Assembly: GCF_004010195.1 (NCBI RefSeq)
Contig: NC_057718.1
Coordinates: 84,541,446-84,605,445, forward strand
Direction of reading: 5' to 3'
Origin: Chiloscyllium plagiosum
Lineage: Eukaryota
Length of the DNA: 64,000 bases
Position numbers and translations under genes: made by a program. Of this stretch, positions 61,219 to 64,000 are shown one piece after another. Numbering within the stretch: the first letter of the stretch is position 1; each line of letters opens with the position of its first letter. The notes below the pieces were generated by a model. That model was not told where the DNA came from. It searched no databases and saw nothing but the letters and a program-made list of their open reading frames with translations.

Positions 61219-61347
61219 GAGGTAAAAACAATGACTGCAGATGCTGGAAACCAGATTCTGGATTAGTGGTGCTGGAAGAGCACAGCAATTCAGGCAGCAT
61301 CTGAGGACAGGCAAAATCGATGTTTCGGGCAAAAGCCCTTCATCAGG
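61219..61347 (-). mobile_element. Short PLE-terminus-derived insertion with 12 bp TSD and hammerhead core
   Basis: ACCAATGTCCTG at 61207-61218 and 61348-61359; minus strand CUGAUGA-A-GGGC-UUUU-GCCC-GAAAC-AUC. Confidence 0.85.
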
Positions 61348-61849
61348 ACCAATGTCCTGTACAGCCGCAACATGACCTTCCCAACTCCTATACTCAATAC
61401 TCTGACCGATTAAAGGAAAGCATACGCTGCCTTTGCTATCCTATCAACCTACGACTTCACTTTCAAGGAACATTGAACCTGCACTCTAAGGTCTCTTTGT
61501 TCAGCCACACTCCCCAGGACCTTTTAAGTGAATATGTCCTACCCTGATTTGTCTTTCCAAAATACATACCTCACATTAAACTCCATCTGCCACTCCTTCG
61601 CCCATTTGCCCACCTGATCAAGGTCCCATTGTATTCTGAAGTAACCACCTTCACTGTTCACGACACCACCAATTTTGGTGTCATCTGCAAACTATGCCTT
61701 CTATATTTACATCCAAATCATTTACATAAATGACAAAAGCAGTGAACCCAGCACTGATCCTTCTGGCACACCACTCGTCACAAGCCTCCAGTCTGAAAGG
61801 CAATCATCACCCTCCGTCTTCTACCTTTGAGCCAGTTCCAAATACAGAT

Positions 61850-61929
61850 AGGTAAAAACAATGACTGCAGATGCTGGAAACCAGATTCTGGATTAGTGGT
61901 GCTTGAAGAGCACAGCAGTTCAGGCAGCA
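61850..61929 (-). mobile_element. Short PLE-terminus-derived insertion with 13 bp TSD
   Basis: TCCAAATACAGAT at 61837-61849 and 61930-61942; nearly identical to the first 80 bp of 61219-61347. Confidence 0.85.
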
Positions 61930-62301
61930 TCCAAATACAGATGTTTAGTTCACACTGTATTCCATGAGCTCTAATCTTGCTAACCAGTCTACCACGTGGA
62001 ACCTCGTCAAATGCCTTATTGAAGTCAGTGTTCATGACATCCACTGCTGTGCCCTCATCGATCCTCTTCATTGCTACTTCAAAGAACTCAATAGTGAGAC
62101 ATGATTTCCCACGCACAAAGCCATGTAACCATCCCTAATCAGTCCTTGCCTTTCTAAATACATGTAAATCCTGTCCCTCAGGATTCCTTCCAACAACTTG
62201 TCCATCATCAATGTCAGGCTCACCGCTCTATAGTTCCCTGGCTTTTCCTTATCACCTTTCTTAAATAGTGGCACCACGTTAGTCAGCTTCCCATCTTCTG
62301 G

Positions 62302-62870
62302 TATTATGTTCTTTTTTTTTCCCCACTGAGATTCTTATGCACTTGATGCAACTGCAGATTCCAACTTCCATGAACAACCAAACTTTTATTAAGCAAATAC
62401 AGTACAAACTTTGGGGAAACTCTCAACACTCCTCGCTGTGCTTGCAAAGCGTGTTGAGAGGTGTCTCTGAACAAATTAAACATTCCTTCCTTTATACAAA
62501 ATCTTCACAGTCAGTAATACCCACAAGACAACCCTCCAGTCACTCCCCTACAGTCACATGCCACTCAAGACACAATGCAGTGACAATATAATGTAAATCA
62601 TCCCTTAATGGTCAAATCTGTTGTGAATTGTTTTAACTACAGGGAGTAGTCAAAATTCCAATTGCAATGTTCTTAGTGATTTTAAATAGGATGATGTAAA
62701 TGTAAATGATCTCTGAATAATAGATGATGGCTATGAAAATGGCTCTGAATGGCAAGGGGTTGGAATATAAATTTCTTGCAATCTACCTGCAAGTCAGAGG
62801 CATCCCACCCTAGCCTGTGGCCATCAATTTCCTGCAGAGCAGCAGAGCAAATTAACTCTTTAATGGCACA
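62302..62870 (-). mobile_element. Solo LTR (569 bp) nested in CR1
   Basis: CTGG (62298-62301) / CCGG (62871-62874) TSD differing by one CpG transition; termini TA...CA; minus-strand TATAAA (62491-62496) then AATAAA (62385-62390). Confidence 0.7.
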
Positions 62871-64000
62871 CCGGCATCTCACCTGTGACTATTGATACAA
62901 TTATCTCAACAAGGAGCCCATCAATCACTTCCCCAGAGTTCCAGGGTACACCTGATCAGGTCCTGTGGATTTATCCACCTTTATGCGTTTTAAGACATCC
63001 TGTGTCACCACCTCTGTAATTTTTCAAGATGTCACCATCTATTTACTTACATTCTATATGTTCCGTGTCCTTCTCTACCGTAGACACTGTTGCAAAATAC
63101 TCACTTAGTATCTCTGCCCTCTCCTTCAGTTCCACACATAGGCTGCCCTGCTGATCTTTGAGGGGCTCTATTCTCTTCCTAGTTACCTTTCTTGATCTTT
63201 AATCTATTGATAAAATCCCTTTTTAGATTCTCCTTAACTCTATATTTGCCAAAGCTATCTCGTGTCCCCTTTTTTGCTGTCCTGATTTCCCTCTTAAGTG
63301 TACTACTGCCTTTATACCCTTCTAAGGATTCACTCAGTCTCTGCAGTCTACACATGACGCATGCTTTTTTTTCTTAACCGAAACTTCAATTTCTCTAGTC
63401 ATCTAGCATTCCATCCACCTACCAGCCTTGCATATCACCCTAAAAGGAACATACTGTCTCTGGACTTTTGTTATCTTTTTTTTTGAAGGCTTCCCATTTT
63501 CCAGCTGTCCCTTACCTGCGAACGTGCCTAATACTGTAAAAATTGGTCTTCCTCCAATTTAAGCTTTTTAACTTTTACACCTAGTCTATCCTTTTCCATC
63601 ACTATTTTAAAACTAAAATAATTATGGCCGCTGGCCCCAAAGTGCTCACCCACTGACACCTTAGTCACTTGCCCTGCCTTATTTCCCAAGAGTAGGTCCA
63701 AGTTTTGCACCTTCTCTAGTAGGTACAGCAACATCCACATACTGACCATGTCTTTGTTGCCTTTTGTCACTTCTCTTTAAAGTGCCACTGTTTAGGCTCC
63801 TTCTCCGCCGCCACCGCCGTGCAACAGCTTATGAAACACTAATCACTGCTCCTGGGATTCAAAGAAACCACCTCCACCACCTAAAATACCTCAAAGGGAG
63901 CAGCTCTTCCAGCCACATTTTTTTTTCAGTCCTCCATCTTCAATTACCCAGAATCATTCATTGCTTCAATAGATAAGTATTTTGTTTTTAAATTATGGGC

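Larger units (their letters stand above)
60665..63740 (-). mobile_element. CR1 LINE with three nested insertions
   Basis: VPLFKKGDKEKPGNYRAVSLT, GKSCLTIEFFE, DFNKAFDEVP; endonuclease-end motif LDLLLGN...GEHFGASGHN at 63528-63770. Confidence 0.92.

Overview
Repeat-dominated vertebrate genomic DNA, most likely from a shark (elasmobranch), inferred from HE1/V-SINE-type tRNA SINEs and abundant CR1 LINEs. No complete protein-coding gene is visible and most ORF-track entries are transposon debris. Main content: (1) a CpG-island promoter at about 35.1-36.4 kb (perfect CRE, YY1 and NRF1-like motifs, two candidate first-exon donors) for an unidentified + strand gene, whose first intron probably fills the rest of the window; (2) many truncated CR1 LINEs plus L1-, L2- and Rex1/Babar-type fragments; (3) Penelope-like elements (PLEs) and short PLE-terminus-derived insertions with 8-15 bp target-site duplications (TSDs), several carrying minimal hammerhead ribozyme cores, including an apparently intact, very young palindromic copy at 34491-34707 just upstream of the promoter; (4) a decayed but nearly complete Ty1/Copia (GalEa-like) LTR retrotransposon on the minus strand (LTR, tRNA-Met PBS, gag, PR, INT, RT, RH), spread over about 16.5-29.2 kb by roughly ten nested insertions; (5) a decayed Gypsy integrase region; (6) several unrelated solo LTRs, all on the minus strand; (7) a U6 snRNA pseudogene abutting a SINE; (8) several inverted repeats and hairpins. 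Family assignments come from motif recognition by eye, not database searches, and boundaries of old repeats are approximate.
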